Shown here: positions 44,601 to 54,611 of the stretch, one piece after another | Numbering within the stretch: the stretch's first letter is position 1 | Layout of the letters: each line of letters begins with the position of its first letter | Virus record (IMG/VR): IMGVR_UViG_2671180029_000001 | DNA length: 64,000 nt | Reading direction: 5' to 3' (one strand) | Origin: a virus | Lineage: Duplodnaviria; Caudoviricetes | The notes under the pieces: generated by a model | Told to the model about the DNA's origin: nothing | Seen by the model: the letters and a program-made list of their open reading frames with translations, nothing else | Database searches by the model: none | Made by a program: the position numbers and the translations under genes

Positions 44601-45641
44601 ATGAGCACAGCAGAATTAAAAGCAGTAGTAACAGGCAGCGAAAAGCAAGTAAGACTTTCTGATATGAAACCAAAAGATCAGATTGCTCATCTGCTCAGAT
44701 CAAAACAAGCTGAAATCAGCAAGATGCTACCCAAACATCTAAATGCAGAACGATTGCTTAAAGTGGCTCAAATTGCTGCAACCACTACTCCTGCATTGGC
44801 TAAGTGTGATGTCCCGAGTCTTATCGGGGCGATTGGTCAGTGCGCGCAGATGGGATTGGAACCTAACACAGTTCTAGGGCATGCATATCTGTTGCCTTTC
44901 AACACCAAACGCAAGGACGCGAATGGTAATGAGAAATGGGTTAATTCTGTCCAAGTAATCATTGGTTACAAAGGCTTGATTGATCTGGCCAGGAGGTCCG
45001 GTCAAATCGTCAGCATTGCATCACATGAAGTATGTGCCAATGACAAATTTGAGCTTGTATATGGATTGGATGAAAAGCTAAATCACACGCCAGCAATGGG
45101 TGCACGAGGGGAAGTTATTGGATTCTATGCAGTAGCAAAGTTGAAAGATGGCGGTCACTCATTTGAGTTCATGAGCAAATTTCAAGTTGAAGAAATAAAA
45201 GCAGCTTCAGAGAAAAAGAACAAACGAGAGTCGTCAGTATGGAAAGATCATTTCATTGAGATGGGTAGAAAAACAGTTATTCGGAGATTGGCTAAATATC
45301 TACCTCTATCAGTAGAGTTTCAAACTGCTGCAGCACTTGATGGTATGGCTGATGCAGGGAAAGATCAACACCTTGATGACATTGAGGGGGATTACTCAAT
45401 AATTCCGGATGATGCACCAGAAATAGATACCGATACCGGCGAAATCCTCAACGAAAAACCAGCAGAGACCAAACAAATCTCTGAGGAAAAACTATCCATC
45501 AAACCCGAAGAAATCCAGGCTAAAAATGATGAGCCAAGCCCGGAAGAGCAAGAAAAAATCAAAAAGCAATTGATTGATGAGTCCAATAAAGAACAGGCAC
45601 CACGGGCGGCAAGGTCACGTCAGAACTTTGATCTTGAGTAA
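44601..45641 (+). CDS. recT: RecT ssDNA-annealing protein
   Basis: CAQMGLEP, QVIIGYKGLIDLARRSG, EMGRKTVIRRLAKYLPLS. Confidence 0.92.
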   Translation: MSTAELKAVVTGSEKQVRLSDMKPKDQIAHLLRSKQAEISKMLPKHLNAERLLKVAQIAATTTPALAKCDVPSLIGAIGQCAQMGLEPNTVLGHAYLLPFNTKRKDANGNEKWVNSVQVIIGYKGLIDLARRSGQIVSIASHEVCANDKFELVYGLDEKLNHTPAMGARGEVIGFYAVAKLKDGGHSFEFMSKFQVEEIKAASEKKNKRESSVWKDHFIEMGRKTVIRRLAKYLPLSVEFQTAAALDGMADAGKDQHLDDIEGDYSIIPDDAPEIDTDTGEILNEKPAETKQISEEKLSIKPEEIQAKNDEPSPEEQEKIKKQLIDESNKEQAPRAARSRQNFDLE

Positions 45642-45658
45642 TTTGGATTTTAAAAATC

Positions 45659-45853
45659 ATGAGCCAAGTCCAAGATATTTACAAAGATGATGAGTTTGAA
45701 GGATTGCTCGAAGACGCACGGATGAATGCGGCCACTGACTGGGAAGAAAACTTCGTATCTGATTTATGCAGTAAATACGCTGATTTTGGTCGACGCATGT
45801 TTCTCTCGGATTCTCAGCAGCAACATCTTGAAAGGATAGCCAGCGATGAATGA
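45659..45853 (+). CDS. Hypothetical protein
   Basis: Collinear; WEENFVSDL...LSDSQ motif. Confidence 0.55.
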   Translation: MSQVQDIYKDDEFEGLLEDARMNAATDWEENFVSDLCSKYADFGRRMFLSDSQQQHLERIASDE

Positions 45854-46367
45854 AAACATACAACTATCTAACCGGCAAAAATCATTCTTGACCGCGCTGG
45901 GTTTAACCAATCCACCCGGATATCAACCGGAAAAAGCGCTAAAAAAAGAATCGAGCAAGAGGAAGAAAAAAACCAAGGAAAGCCAGACATTATCTATGCG
46001 GCCAGCAGATATCAAATGGCGCAAGGTAAAAAGATACATTCGTGAATATTTTCTGGATCGTGGATACACCTCGGCTGACTACAAAAAACTATATCAGGAC
46101 GCTCAAGATGAGGGGGTTGATCTTGAATGTTTCAAGGGCAGGAAAGTTTCCTTGCGGAGTTTCGCAAACCAGGCGCGGAGGGTTCGGCTGGAATTGGGCA
46201 TGCAATCGATACGCAGAGCCGGATTAAAAAAACTAATCTTAGATAAATTTGACTCGGGATCGACGGAAAAACAAATTGTATCCGAATTGAAATGCAGCCC
46301 GAGCCATGTTTACAACACGCTCAGAAGCGCTGGAAAAATCCAAGCCAGACCAATAAAAGTTTATTAG
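45846..46367 (+). CDS. Hypothetical protein with C-terminal HTH
   Basis: STEKQIVSELKCSPSHVYNTLRSAG. Confidence 0.55.
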   Translation: MNENIQLSNRQKSFLTALGLTNPPGYQPEKALKKESSKRKKKTKESQTLSMRPADIKWRKVKRYIREYFLDRGYTSADYKKLYQDAQDEGVDLECFKGRKVSLRSFANQARRVRLELGMQSIRRAGLKKLILDKFDSGSTEKQIVSELKCSPSHVYNTLRSAGKIQARPIKVY

Positions 46368-46412
46368 CAAACGCCTCAAATCAACTCTTAAAAATCAACA
46401 TGGAGATTTAAC

Positions 46413-47105
46413 ATGACCAAAAAATCAAATGATTTCAGACAAATGACAGCCGATACAGTGGGCAAGGATTTGCTTGGTGCGCTCGTTCAAGAAATTAGAT
46501 TGCTCCCGGATGTATGGCCAAAATTACCAAAGAAAAAGCAGGATGATGTCATTGATCGTTTGCGTAAGCGCGTAGAGGAAAATGTGAACATGGCTGTTTT
46601 TACCTTGGCCGCGCAAGATAGAACGGTGGTGGCCGGATCGTTGGATCAAATAACAATCAAAGACGGCGTTAAGGCTGTTATTAAATTCAGCATCAAATCT
46701 CCAAACCTTGATGGGTTATATGAAGCTGCAAGCGATGGGAGTGACGTGCTGGTTGTTGTGGCCGGAGTAAAAGAACATACCGGCGGCATGAATGAAATTC
46801 AGGGAGAGGATGATCAAAGAGGCATGGACCTCGGACACGAATACAACGAGAACGATGGCGGCGGTATGAATGAGCCCATTGAAGGCAAGGTAATTGGTTT
46901 ACCAGAGAAAGTAATTACAGAAGAAGATCTTGAAACAGCCTATCAGGATGGTCGACTAGCAGCTGAGGAAGGCAATGAACAAGCTGATTGCCCGATCATG
47001 GATGGTTCACTTGTAGCCAAGTGGGTTCGTGGTTTTAAAGATTGGCATGAAGAAAACCCTGTTAACGATGAAACCGAATCAAGCGACGATAAGGATGCGG
47101 CTTAA
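46413..47105 (+). CDS. Phage protein with C-terminal RMF-like motif
   Basis: AYQDGRLAAEEG...CP...WVRGFKDW. Confidence 0.55.
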   Translation: MTKKSNDFRQMTADTVGKDLLGALVQEIRLLPDVWPKLPKKKQDDVIDRLRKRVEENVNMAVFTLAAQDRTVVAGSLDQITIKDGVKAVIKFSIKSPNLDGLYEAASDGSDVLVVVAGVKEHTGGMNEIQGEDDQRGMDLGHEYNENDGGGMNEPIEGKVIGLPEKVITEEDLETAYQDGRLAAEEGNEQADCPIMDGSLVAKWVRGFKDWHEENPVNDETESSDDKDAA

Positions 47106-47107
47106 TC

Positions 47108-47785
47108 ATGAGCAAAGTTATCGTTTTTGACACTGAAACAACCGGAATTGATGATCCGGAGATCATTGAAGCTGCTTGGGTTAATGCTCCAACCAGCATT
47201 GAGTATATCGACTCAGAGTTCGAATATTGGGAAGAATTTCATAAAAGATACAAGCCATCTAAGCCAATATCACTTTCTGCAATGGCCATTCATCACATTA
47301 TGGACGAAGATTTAATTGCTTGCGATCCATCAGACTCATTTAATTTGCCAGATGATATTGATTATTTGATCGGCCATAACGTTGACTTTGACTGGAAAGC
47401 TTCTGGTTCGCCAGTAGTAAATCGAATTTGCACACTTGCATTGTCAAGATATCTATGGCCAGACCTTCCTGCGCACAATCAGTCTGCAATGCTTTACTTC
47501 TTGGAACGTGAAAAAGCCAGGGAATTACTACGTGGCAAAGCACATTCGGCAAAAGACGATGTTAGAAATTGCATCATTATTCTCAATCACATATTCAGGA
47601 AAATTGGAAACATCCACACTTGGGAAGAATTATGGGAAATATCAGAGATAGCCAGAATACCAACCCGTATGGCGTTTGGGAAGCATAAAGGTATGGAGAT
47701 TAAAGATGTTCCATCGGACTATAAAAGATGGTTAATGCGCCAACCCGATACTGACCAATACCTTCTAAAGGCACTGCAATCATGA
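47108..47785 (+). CDS. DEDDh 3'-5' exonuclease (ExoX-like)
   Basis: DTETTG, GHNVDFD, HSAKDD, MAFGKHKG. Confidence 0.85.
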   Translation: MSKVIVFDTETTGIDDPEIIEAAWVNAPTSIEYIDSEFEYWEEFHKRYKPSKPISLSAMAIHHIMDEDLIACDPSDSFNLPDDIDYLIGHNVDFDWKASGSPVVNRICTLALSRYLWPDLPAHNQSAMLYFLEREKARELLRGKAHSAKDDVRNCIIILNHIFRKIGNIHTWEELWEISEIARIPTRMAFGKHKGMEIKDVPSDYKRWLMRQPDTDQYLLKALQS

Positions 47786-49518
47786 AAATAAATAAAATAT
47801 CTTCTGTCGGCACGGTGGCTGTGCGGGAAATTGAAATTAATATCAAATCCCCTATTGCATTAATTTGCGGCTCTAATCGGGCCGGAAAATCAAGTTTACG
47901 GGATGGAATTTACCATGCTTTCACCGGCGAAAATCCTCACGATATTCTGAAAAAGAATTACGGACTACTTGTTAATCGGGATACCGGCAACAATATCGGG
48001 TATACCTACGTTGATTATAACAACGGGCAACGGGCATGCATTACCCTGCCCAATGGTACGCATGAATTAACTGAGCAGCTGCATTCCGCTCTGCCCTATG
48101 TTTTGAATCCATCCCTATTCGGAAGTATATCCGCTGATGATCGCCGCAGACTGCTATTTGATCTTGGGAATTTGAGAAGCGATGGCGGGGAAGTTAAAGC
48201 CAAATTACTCAAACGAGGTTGCGATGCTGGGAAAATTGACGGAGTTATGCCTTTCCTGAAATCGAGTTTTGATAATGCCCACAAGCATGCTTCGGACAAA
48301 ATCAAAGAAGCGCGCGCCAACTGGAAAGCCACCACAGGCGAAGCTTATGGCGATAAGAAGGCTGTTGATTGGAAAGCTCCAAAACCAGAAGTTGATATGG
48401 AATCCGCAATTGCCGCAACAAATACAATAACTCAACTCGACGAGGAAATCGAAGAAACCAGCCAAAAACTGGGCGCATATGTCGCCACAATCAATGGCGC
48501 CAAAGCCCGTAATTCTGAAATTGTCAGATTGCGCGAATCAGCAGGAATGATAGATCGCATTGAGGCCAAACTTAAAAAAGATCGTCAAGAAGTTATCGTT
48601 TGGGAGGTTAAGGTCAATGATGCCAGGTTATTTGCCCAGGGTGTGAAGCCTGGAAATATCGATGTCTCATGCCCGTGTTGCAATGCTGAGTTGACTTTCA
48701 ATGGCAAGGAATTGATCAAGCGTGAAACTGAATCTCCAATCGATAAAGAAGCTGCTGCAAAATTACCCGAATACGAGAAAACATTGACCATGCTCAGAAA
48801 TGCCGTGGCCAGTGGAGAACGTGATCTTTTAGCAGCACAGTTCGCAAAAGAGAAACTTGCTCAGATTGAGGAAACCAAAGGGGATGAAGTATCTGAGGAA
48901 ATGATCGCTCAAATTAAAATCTGCATCGAAGAACTTAAAGCCGGACGCAAGCAAGCCCAGGAATCATTTGATCAAATCAAAAAAAATAACCTATTTGCTG
49001 CTGAGGCTGATGAGAAAACTAAAAAGGCTGCGGGATATCACGCGGACGCCCAGGCTTGGGACAAGATCGCAAATGCACTGGCACCGGAAGGAATCCCAAG
49101 CGAAATGCTTTCTGCTGCATTGACACCGATCAATGAACGGATAGCTTTTAGTTGTGGTGTTTTAGGGTTTCCCGGAAAAGTAAGCATACAGGACGATATG
49201 ACCATTTTGGAAGATGATGGAAAACTCTACTCATTCAGCTCAAAAGCTACCAAATTATTGATTGATTCAATGATTGCGGAAGCTATCAGCCATGTAACCG
49301 GAATCAAGTTTTTTATGGTTGATGAGTTTGATCTTCTGGATATGCCAAGCCGGAGCGCTTATCTCAATTGGTTAATGGATTTGGTTGAAAACAACGAAAT
49401 TGACACAGTTCTTCTATTCGGCACATTGAAATCAGCGCCCACGAAATTACCTCCTTTCATCACTCCTTACTGGATTGAGAATGGCGTAATTCAGGACTGT
49501 AAAGCGGAAGCTGCTTAA
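47782..49518 (+). CDS. Rad50/SbcC-like ATPase
   Basis: Walker A GSNRAGKS, coiled coil with CPCC hook, Walker B VDEFD. Confidence 0.75.
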   Translation: MKINKISSVGTVAVREIEINIKSPIALICGSNRAGKSSLRDGIYHAFTGENPHDILKKNYGLLVNRDTGNNIGYTYVDYNNGQRACITLPNGTHELTEQLHSALPYVLNPSLFGSISADDRRRLLFDLGNLRSDGGEVKAKLLKRGCDAGKIDGVMPFLKSSFDNAHKHASDKIKEARANWKATTGEAYGDKKAVDWKAPKPEVDMESAIAATNTITQLDEEIEETSQKLGAYVATINGAKARNSEIVRLRESAGMIDRIEAKLKKDRQEVIVWEVKVNDARLFAQGVKPGNIDVSCPCCNAELTFNGKELIKRETESPIDKEAAAKLPEYEKTLTMLRNAVASGERDLLAAQFAKEKLAQIEETKGDEVSEEMIAQIKICIEELKAGRKQAQESFDQIKKNNLFAAEADEKTKKAAGYHADAQAWDKIANALAPEGIPSEMLSAALTPINERIAFSCGVLGFPGKVSIQDDMTILEDDGKLYSFSSKATKLLIDSMIAEAISHVTGIKFFMVDEFDLLDMPSRSAYLNWLMDLVENNEIDTVLLFGTLKSAPTKLPPFITPYWIENGVIQDCKAEAA

Positions 49519-49810
49519 GTAATATGAACTTCATCCAAAATTTACTATGTGTTTTTGTGTTCGGGATCGGATCAATTCTGTTTGTTGAATGGATTCAATA
49601 CATCTGCTTTTTATGAGAGCTATCGTACAGATTTATCACAAATAATGTTTAAAAATTTACAAAGACTTCTCAGCCAGACGTGTGCCCTCCTAACTCTCTC
49701 GTTCGCACGTTTGGCACCCCTCTTCGGGCGGATCTGCTACTCATCAACAATGGGCCGGAAACCTTTGTCTTTGCCAGCGGATCTGCCCTTCCTCACTGAG
49801 GAGAGCTCAA

Positions 49811-50467
49811 ATGATTAAAGAGCGGCCAATCCTATTTTCTGCGCCAATGGTACGTGCCATTTTGGATAATAGGAAAACTCAGACAAGGCGGATTATAAAA
49901 AAGGTTGATCCAGATTCTTTTCCATTTTGCGAATCTTTCGATGAAGCAAATGGATTACCAGTCATAATTTTTTCTGATGATATTGACGATAACGTTATTT
50001 GCAGGATATTAGTTTCATGCAAATACGGCAAACCTGGCGATCGGCTTTGGGTGAGGGAAACTTGGCGCTATTCTAATTGGGCTCCATTTAGTAGAAATGT
50101 TGCACTTGTTCAAATTCAATATCAATCTGATGACGCAAAAATTGAGCATATGGTCGGGGGTTTTAGCTATGATTATCATATCTATTATAGACCGTCAATC
50201 CACATGCCCCGCTGGGCATCGAGAATCCTGCTCGAAATTACGAATGTAAGAGTTGAGCGGTTGCAGGATATCAGTGAGGATGATGCGATTGCTGAGGGGT
50301 GTGAGCCTTATGGGGTTAGAACTCCAGATACACCAATGGCGCCGTCTGAATTCGAAGGCCACTCAGCAATTCAAGATTTTTCTTGTCTTTGGGAATCAAT
50401 CAACGGCCAAGGCTCATGGGATCTTAATCCATGGGTGTGGGTTTTGGAGTTTAAAAGGATAGGATGA
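49811..50467 (+). CDS. ASCH/PUA-like domain phage protein
   Basis: MIKERPILFSAPMVRAILDNRKTQTRR, GDRLWVRETW, RPSIHMPRWASRI. Confidence 0.7.
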   Translation: MIKERPILFSAPMVRAILDNRKTQTRRIIKKVDPDSFPFCESFDEANGLPVIIFSDDIDDNVICRILVSCKYGKPGDRLWVRETWRYSNWAPFSRNVALVQIQYQSDDAKIEHMVGGFSYDYHIYYRPSIHMPRWASRILLEITNVRVERLQDISEDDAIAEGCEPYGVRTPDTPMAPSEFEGHSAIQDFSCLWESINGQGSWDLNPWVWVLEFKRIG

Positions 50468-50473
50468 AATATC

Positions 50474-50692
50474 ATGTCTTGGTATACGTCAACATTAGCG
50501 TGGATTGATGAGCAGCGATTGAAAAATCCGGACATGGCGCTCGAAGAGCTTAAAAACCATTCTTCTAAAAAATACCCGTTTCACGGACGGTATGGCTCTG
50601 CTTATAAGGGTTTTTTGAAAGCAATGCGAGAAAGATTCGGTTACACAAAAAGAAATGATTATCAAAAAGATATTTTTAATGAAGAGTCATAA
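50474..50692 (+). CDS. Hypothetical protein
   Basis: Collinear ORF, YPFHGR motif. Confidence 0.5.
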   Translation: MSWYTSTLAWIDEQRLKNPDMALEELKNHSSKKYPFHGRYGSAYKGFLKAMRERFGYTKRNDYQKDIFNEES

Positions 50693-50871
50693 ATTCAATC
50701 CAGCGCAGAAAAAAAGCAAGAATTGAGAGAAGATTCGCCAGGCGCATGATTATGCGTTATGAAAAATCTGTAATGGAAATGTGCACTGACCCAAGAATTC
50801 CAAAAGAAGTAATAGTGGAGGCCATTCAATCTGCTATCAACGAAGAGAAATCGTATAGAGGTAAATCATGA
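50679..50871 (+). pseudogene. Small ORF apparently frameshifted at an A7 run
   Basis: Removing one A at 50709-50715 gives a 63-aa ORF overlapping both neighbours. Confidence 0.35.
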
Positions 50872-51155
50872 CAATAGGTATTAGCAAAAAAGTGTTGTTG
50901 GAATATAGAAGATTAAGATTGGATTCAGAAGAGCTATTGGACAGACTAATCAATGAATGTGTCGAACTAAACAATTGGATCCCAATTAATGAGAATACTC
51001 CTATTGATAAAGAGCTGATTTTGTATTATCCAGCAGGTATAGTTAATCATGTTTTTTTACCAAAAATCAAATTGATCGGCTACCACAGACCTCAACTTAG
51101 CAGTATTTGCAGACAACCAAGCCATTACCAGGAGCTAAGTAAAGATCCAGAATGA
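50868..51155 (+). CDS. Hypothetical protein
   Basis: Collinear ORF. Confidence 0.5.
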   Translation: MTIGISKKVLLEYRRLRLDSEELLDRLINECVELNNWIPINENTPIDKELILYYPAGIVNHVFLPKIKLIGYHRPQLSSICRQPSHYQELSKDPE

Positions 51156-51228
51156 TCCTGGCGGCATAGAAGTATTTTTTCTGCAAATGTTCCGAGAAGG
51201 ATTAAGCCCACAAAAAGGAAACTAATAA

Positions 51229-51450
51229 ATGTCAGAAAATAAAAAAAATCTATACGACCTGGCAAAAGAAAACGGCTACACCGATGAAGAATTCGTGAAT
51301 GAAATCGCACAGTGCTACGGCACTCATACTTCATTAATCATGGACAAGATGGGTAGCGGCATTACGATAGAGCACAACGTCGAATTTGAAGATCACACCA
51401 TAAATATCCAGTGCCGGAAGATTATTAATGATACCCGTACCTTAAATTGA
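51229..51450 (+). CDS. Hypothetical protein
   Basis: AAGGA RBS, collinear. Confidence 0.5.
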   Translation: MSENKKNLYDLAKENGYTDEEFVNEIAQCYGTHTSLIMDKMGSGITIEHNVEFEDHTINIQCRKIINDTRTLN

Positions 51451-51461
51451 GTATTGAAATC

Positions 51462-51674
51462 ATGCAAACACAGCCAATCGAGAAATTAATCAAATCCGAG
51501 CAAGAAAAGCTAAATACGGATAAAGCAGCTGAAATCTTGGGATTAAAACCTCAGACACTTAAAGTCTGGCGTTGCACAGGCAAGCATAAGATTGCTTACT
51601 ACAAGATTGGCAGGAAGGTGTTTTATCTTAGATGTGATCTTGAAACGTTTATGGAAAACAACAGAGTAGCTTAA
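51462..51674 (+). CDS. Excisionase-like HTH protein
   Basis: LNTDKAAEILGLKPQTLKVWR...YYKIGRKVFY; adjacent to the integrase. Confidence 0.75.
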   Translation: MQTQPIEKLIKSEQEKLNTDKAAEILGLKPQTLKVWRCTGKHKIAYYKIGRKVFYLRCDLETFMENNRVA

Positions 51675-51787
51675 ATATGGGAAAATCCCATATTTAAAAT
51701 ATTGAACTTGCACAATTTCGCAAACTTAACTGCTTGCTTGACGAAAAACGAATTATTATGCAAATCGCTTGCATCAATTCTGATAAT

Positions 51788-52987
51788 TTATTTCAAGTTC
51801 TTTTTTAGTTTATGAACGTCAGCCGGTTCTTTCAATCCTCCCGCCCTAAACATCGCGGAAACGGCAGAACTCATGCTTTCACGAACCGGATCAAGATCAA
51901 GTCTGGCATATATAGCCGTAGTATTTTGATGCTTATGGTTGAGTGATTTTCCGATAATTGCTAGTGATGCGCCTGTTTTAGCTTGCCAGCTTCCAAGCGT
52001 TCGTCGTAGGTCATGTAGCCTTAAATTTTCAATTCCCGCACGAGCAAGAATCCTTTCCCATCCCTTTCGAGGCTCAACCAAGTGACCCTGCTTCCCATCA
52101 CCAGGAAAAACATATAAGCATTCAACTATTGGTTTTCGATTCAATAATACGTGTATGGCCTCAGGCAAGAGTGCGACGGTTTGCGGGGTGCCGTTCTTAG
52201 TTTCTTCAATTCTCCACTCGGCACGATCAAAATTGATGTCCTTCCAACGCATTGAACATACATTCGATCTTCTCGCGCCGGTTAATAAAGATATCAATAC
52301 GTAATCGCGCACTGTTTCATTTGGTTCATCAGCAACCGCTTGGAAAAATCTGGGCAATTCATCGCCCTGGATAAACCTGTCACGACTATTTTCTTTATTC
52401 CTCCTGATACCAAGAGCAGGATTTTTTTCCCATAGTCCGGCAGATATCGCCCATCCGAATACACTGGAAATCAGTGCCAATACGCGGTTGGCTGCAATCG
52501 GGGAACCGTGTTTAGTTACTGAGCTATGGATCATAGCGATTGATGATCTATCTATTGAGGATAGTTTGAGTTTTCCTATTTTTCCGGAAACGTGGTTTTT
52601 ATATTTTTCAACGTCTTCGGTCCACGTTTTTTTATTTGGCTTTGAATGACGCTCTATATACTCAGAGAATAAATCATCAAATATCATTTCAGATTTTTCT
52701 CCGCGCTTAACTTCCGCAGGGTTTCGACCTTCTGAAATGGCCAGGTTAATTTCCATGGTTCGGCGTCGTGCCTGGTCGATTGTCATATCCGGGTATCGAC
52801 CTAACGTGATGCGCTCAGGGTCCCCGCATTTAATTCGTTTGAAAACGCTGAATGTCTTTATACCCGTATGAGAAACCCGTAATTGTAGACCGTTTGCTTT
52901 TGTATCCTGGTAAGTATCTCTCTTTCCAGTATCCGGAATAGGAAGAGAATCGATATCCGCTTTTGTGAAATTAAATTTCTTGGCCAT
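51788..52987 (-). CDS. int: Tyrosine integrase of the prophage
   Basis: N-terminal arm-binding domain; TGARR, HDLRR, LNH, IYA catalytic residues. Confidence 0.93.
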   Translation of the reverse strand: MAKKFNFTKADIDSLPIPDTGKRDTYQDTKANGLQLRVSHTGIKTFSVFKRIKCGDPERITLGRYPDMTIDQARRRTMEINLAISEGRNPAEVKRGEKSEMIFDDLFSEYIERHSKPNKKTWTEDVEKYKNHVSGKIGKLKLSSIDRSSIAMIHSSVTKHGSPIAANRVLALISSVFGWAISAGLWEKNPALGIRRNKENSRDRFIQGDELPRFFQAVADEPNETVRDYVLISLLTGARRSNVCSMRWKDINFDRAEWRIEETKNGTPQTVALLPEAIHVLLNRKPIVECLYVFPGDGKQGHLVEPRKGWERILARAGIENLRLHDLRRTLGSWQAKTGASLAIIGKSLNHKHQNTTAIYARLDLDPVRESMSSAVSAMFRAGGLKEPADVHKLKKNLK

Positions 52988-52990
52988 TCA

Positions 52991-53020
52991 GGGTTACGCC
53001 GGGGTTACATCTGGGGTTAC
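52991..53020. repeat. Three GGGTTAC direct repeats (arm-type integrase sites)
   Basis: Copies at 52991, 53002, 53014 (11-12 bp period), between int and the att core. Confidence 0.55.
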
Positions 53021-53148
53021 AATCTGGGTGCATTTTGATACACTTTTTTCAACTATCATTAACCTCAGATTATCCGAAGAATGGCTTTTTATCAATCTTT
53101 ATGTAATTTTGCGAACTTCCATTAACCTGGATGAATTGGCGGGAAGGC

Positions 53149-53196
53149 GGACTGAAAATCCTTGTGTCGGTGGTTCGATTCCGCCCTTGGCCACCA
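53149..53196 (+). tRNA. 3' half of tRNA-Phe(GAA), att core (not a complete tRNA)
   Basis: GGACTGAAAATCC...GGTTCGATTCCGCCCTTGGCCACCA; no D-arm or 5' acceptor strand upstream. Confidence 0.85.
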
Positions 53197-53204
53197 ATAA
53201 AAAC

Positions 53205-53239
53205 AAGCACTTATAGCTTAACCGCATAAGTGCTTTTTT
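53205..53239 (+). terminator. Intrinsic terminator after the tRNA fragment
   Basis: AAGCACTTAT/ATAAGTGCTT stem followed by a T-run. Confidence 0.65.
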
Positions 53240-53504
53240 GTTTCCGGGACACTCACGGGACATTTCAAAAAAACAAACCAGAATATTTAAGCCTAACATT
53301 TACTTGATGAATGCAGGTAAAAATGACATTTTTCGCAGTCAATTGCCCCGCCAATGTCTTTTTATTAAATTTTTATATTTATATATTCATACAAACAACA
53401 AGTTATTTATCATAGTATTCAGATAATATATCCTGTGTTGTGATTTTCTATGCATTACTGTAGAGTGTTTGCAAGTTTTCAAAAACACTCAGAAGGAGCA
53501 GGAT

Positions 53505-54611
53505 ATGGCCAGCATTGAAAAACGCAAGCTTGATGATGGCACGTCAAGTTATCGGGTAAAAATCCGTCTGAAAGGTTACCCACCAGAGAGCGCAACTTTT
53601 GCACGATTGACAGATGCGCGCGAGTGGGTGAAAAAAATCGAAGCCAATATGAAAGCAGGCCGCCACTTTGGCGTAAGCAAGCGGCACACGCTGAATGAAC
53701 TTATTGACTCCTACGAAAAGAGCTCACAGCACAATGAGTTGAAATCCGCCGCAGAAATGCGCACCCGCCTTGACTGGTGGCGCAAGCACTACGGTAAAAA
53801 GCTATTGCAGGACATTACACCTGGTGTGGTAGCACAAGGCCGCGATACTTTAAACAATGAATGCCTGACAGTACGCAAGCGTGGCGGTGATGGGAGCGTA
53901 TCGCGTGTGCCAATTGAGAAAAAGCGTAGTGGCGCAACAACAAATCGCTTTCTTGCTGCGCTATCTACTGCCTGCGCTTATGGCGTAAAAGAATTAAATT
54001 GGATTGAACGCAATCCCGTAGAGCGCGTGGCCAAACCAAAAGAAAACAAAGGCCGTGTTCGTTTCCTTGACGATACTGAGTTACCCCGCTTCCTTAGTGC
54101 TTGCCGCAAACACCCAGACTTATATCTTGCTGTGCTGTTATCGCTTACTACTGGCGGGCGTCAATCTGAAATAATGGGACTTCGCTGGGGACAAATAGAC
54201 CTTAAAACAGGCCGTGCAATGCTTTACGCTGGCACAACGAAAAATAATGACGCAAGAGTATTACCGCTGGTTGGCGAAGCCTTCACGTTGTTACAAGAAC
54301 GCGCCAAAGTGCGCAGCCTATCCGATGACCGGATATTCCCAGCAACTAACAAAGCAAAAAAAACGGCCTTCATCACGCTGAGAAATCCATTTATAGCCGC
54401 GATGAAAGAAGCTGAGATTACAGATTTTCACTGGCACGACCTGCGCCATACCTGCGCGAGTTATTTAATGATGAATGGTGTTTCTTCGCTGGAAATATCC
54501 AAGATACTTGGACACCGTACCATGGCGATGGTAAGCCGATACGCCCACCTTGCCCCTGCCAGAGTGTCAGACATAGGCAATGCACTTGCAAAGAAAATGG
54601 GGGTGGCATGA
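53505..54611 (+). CDS. int: Tyrosine integrase of the second element
   Basis: MASIEKR start; TGGRQ, HDLRH, LGH, RYAH. Confidence 0.92.
   Translation: MASIEKRKLDDGTSSYRVKIRLKGYPPESATFARLTDAREWVKKIEANMKAGRHFGVSKRHTLNELIDSYEKSSQHNELKSAAEMRTRLDWWRKHYGKKLLQDITPGVVAQGRDTLNNECLTVRKRGGDGSVSRVPIEKKRSGATTNRFLAALSTACAYGVKELNWIERNPVERVAKPKENKGRVRFLDDTELPRFLSACRKHPDLYLAVLLSLTTGGRQSEIMGLRWGQIDLKTGRAMLYAGTTKNNDARVLPLVGEAFTLLQERAKVRSLSDDRIFPATNKAKKTAFITLRNPFIAAMKEAEITDFHWHDLRHTCASYLMMNGVSSLEISKILGHRTMAMVSRYAHLAPARVSDIGNALAKKMGVA

Larger units (their letters stand above)
1..53196. mobile_element. Temperate siphovirus-like prophage, right end at tRNA-Phe 3' fragment; left end outside window
   Basis: Head, tail, lysis, replication, cI/cro, recombination, xis and int modules in order, ending at a tRNA 3' fragment. 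Confidence 0.93.

Noticed and set aside
47782-49518. SbcCD/Mre11-Rad50 pair
   Set aside because: The upstream nuclease is DEDDh, not a metallophosphoesterase, so sbcCD is not assigned
50709-50715. Programmed frameshift at the A7 run
   Set aside because: Needs a +1 correction and has no stimulatory structure; homopolymer error or mutation is more likely
53149-53196. Complete tRNA-Phe gene
   Set aside because: D-arm and 5' acceptor strand are absent; only the att fragment is present
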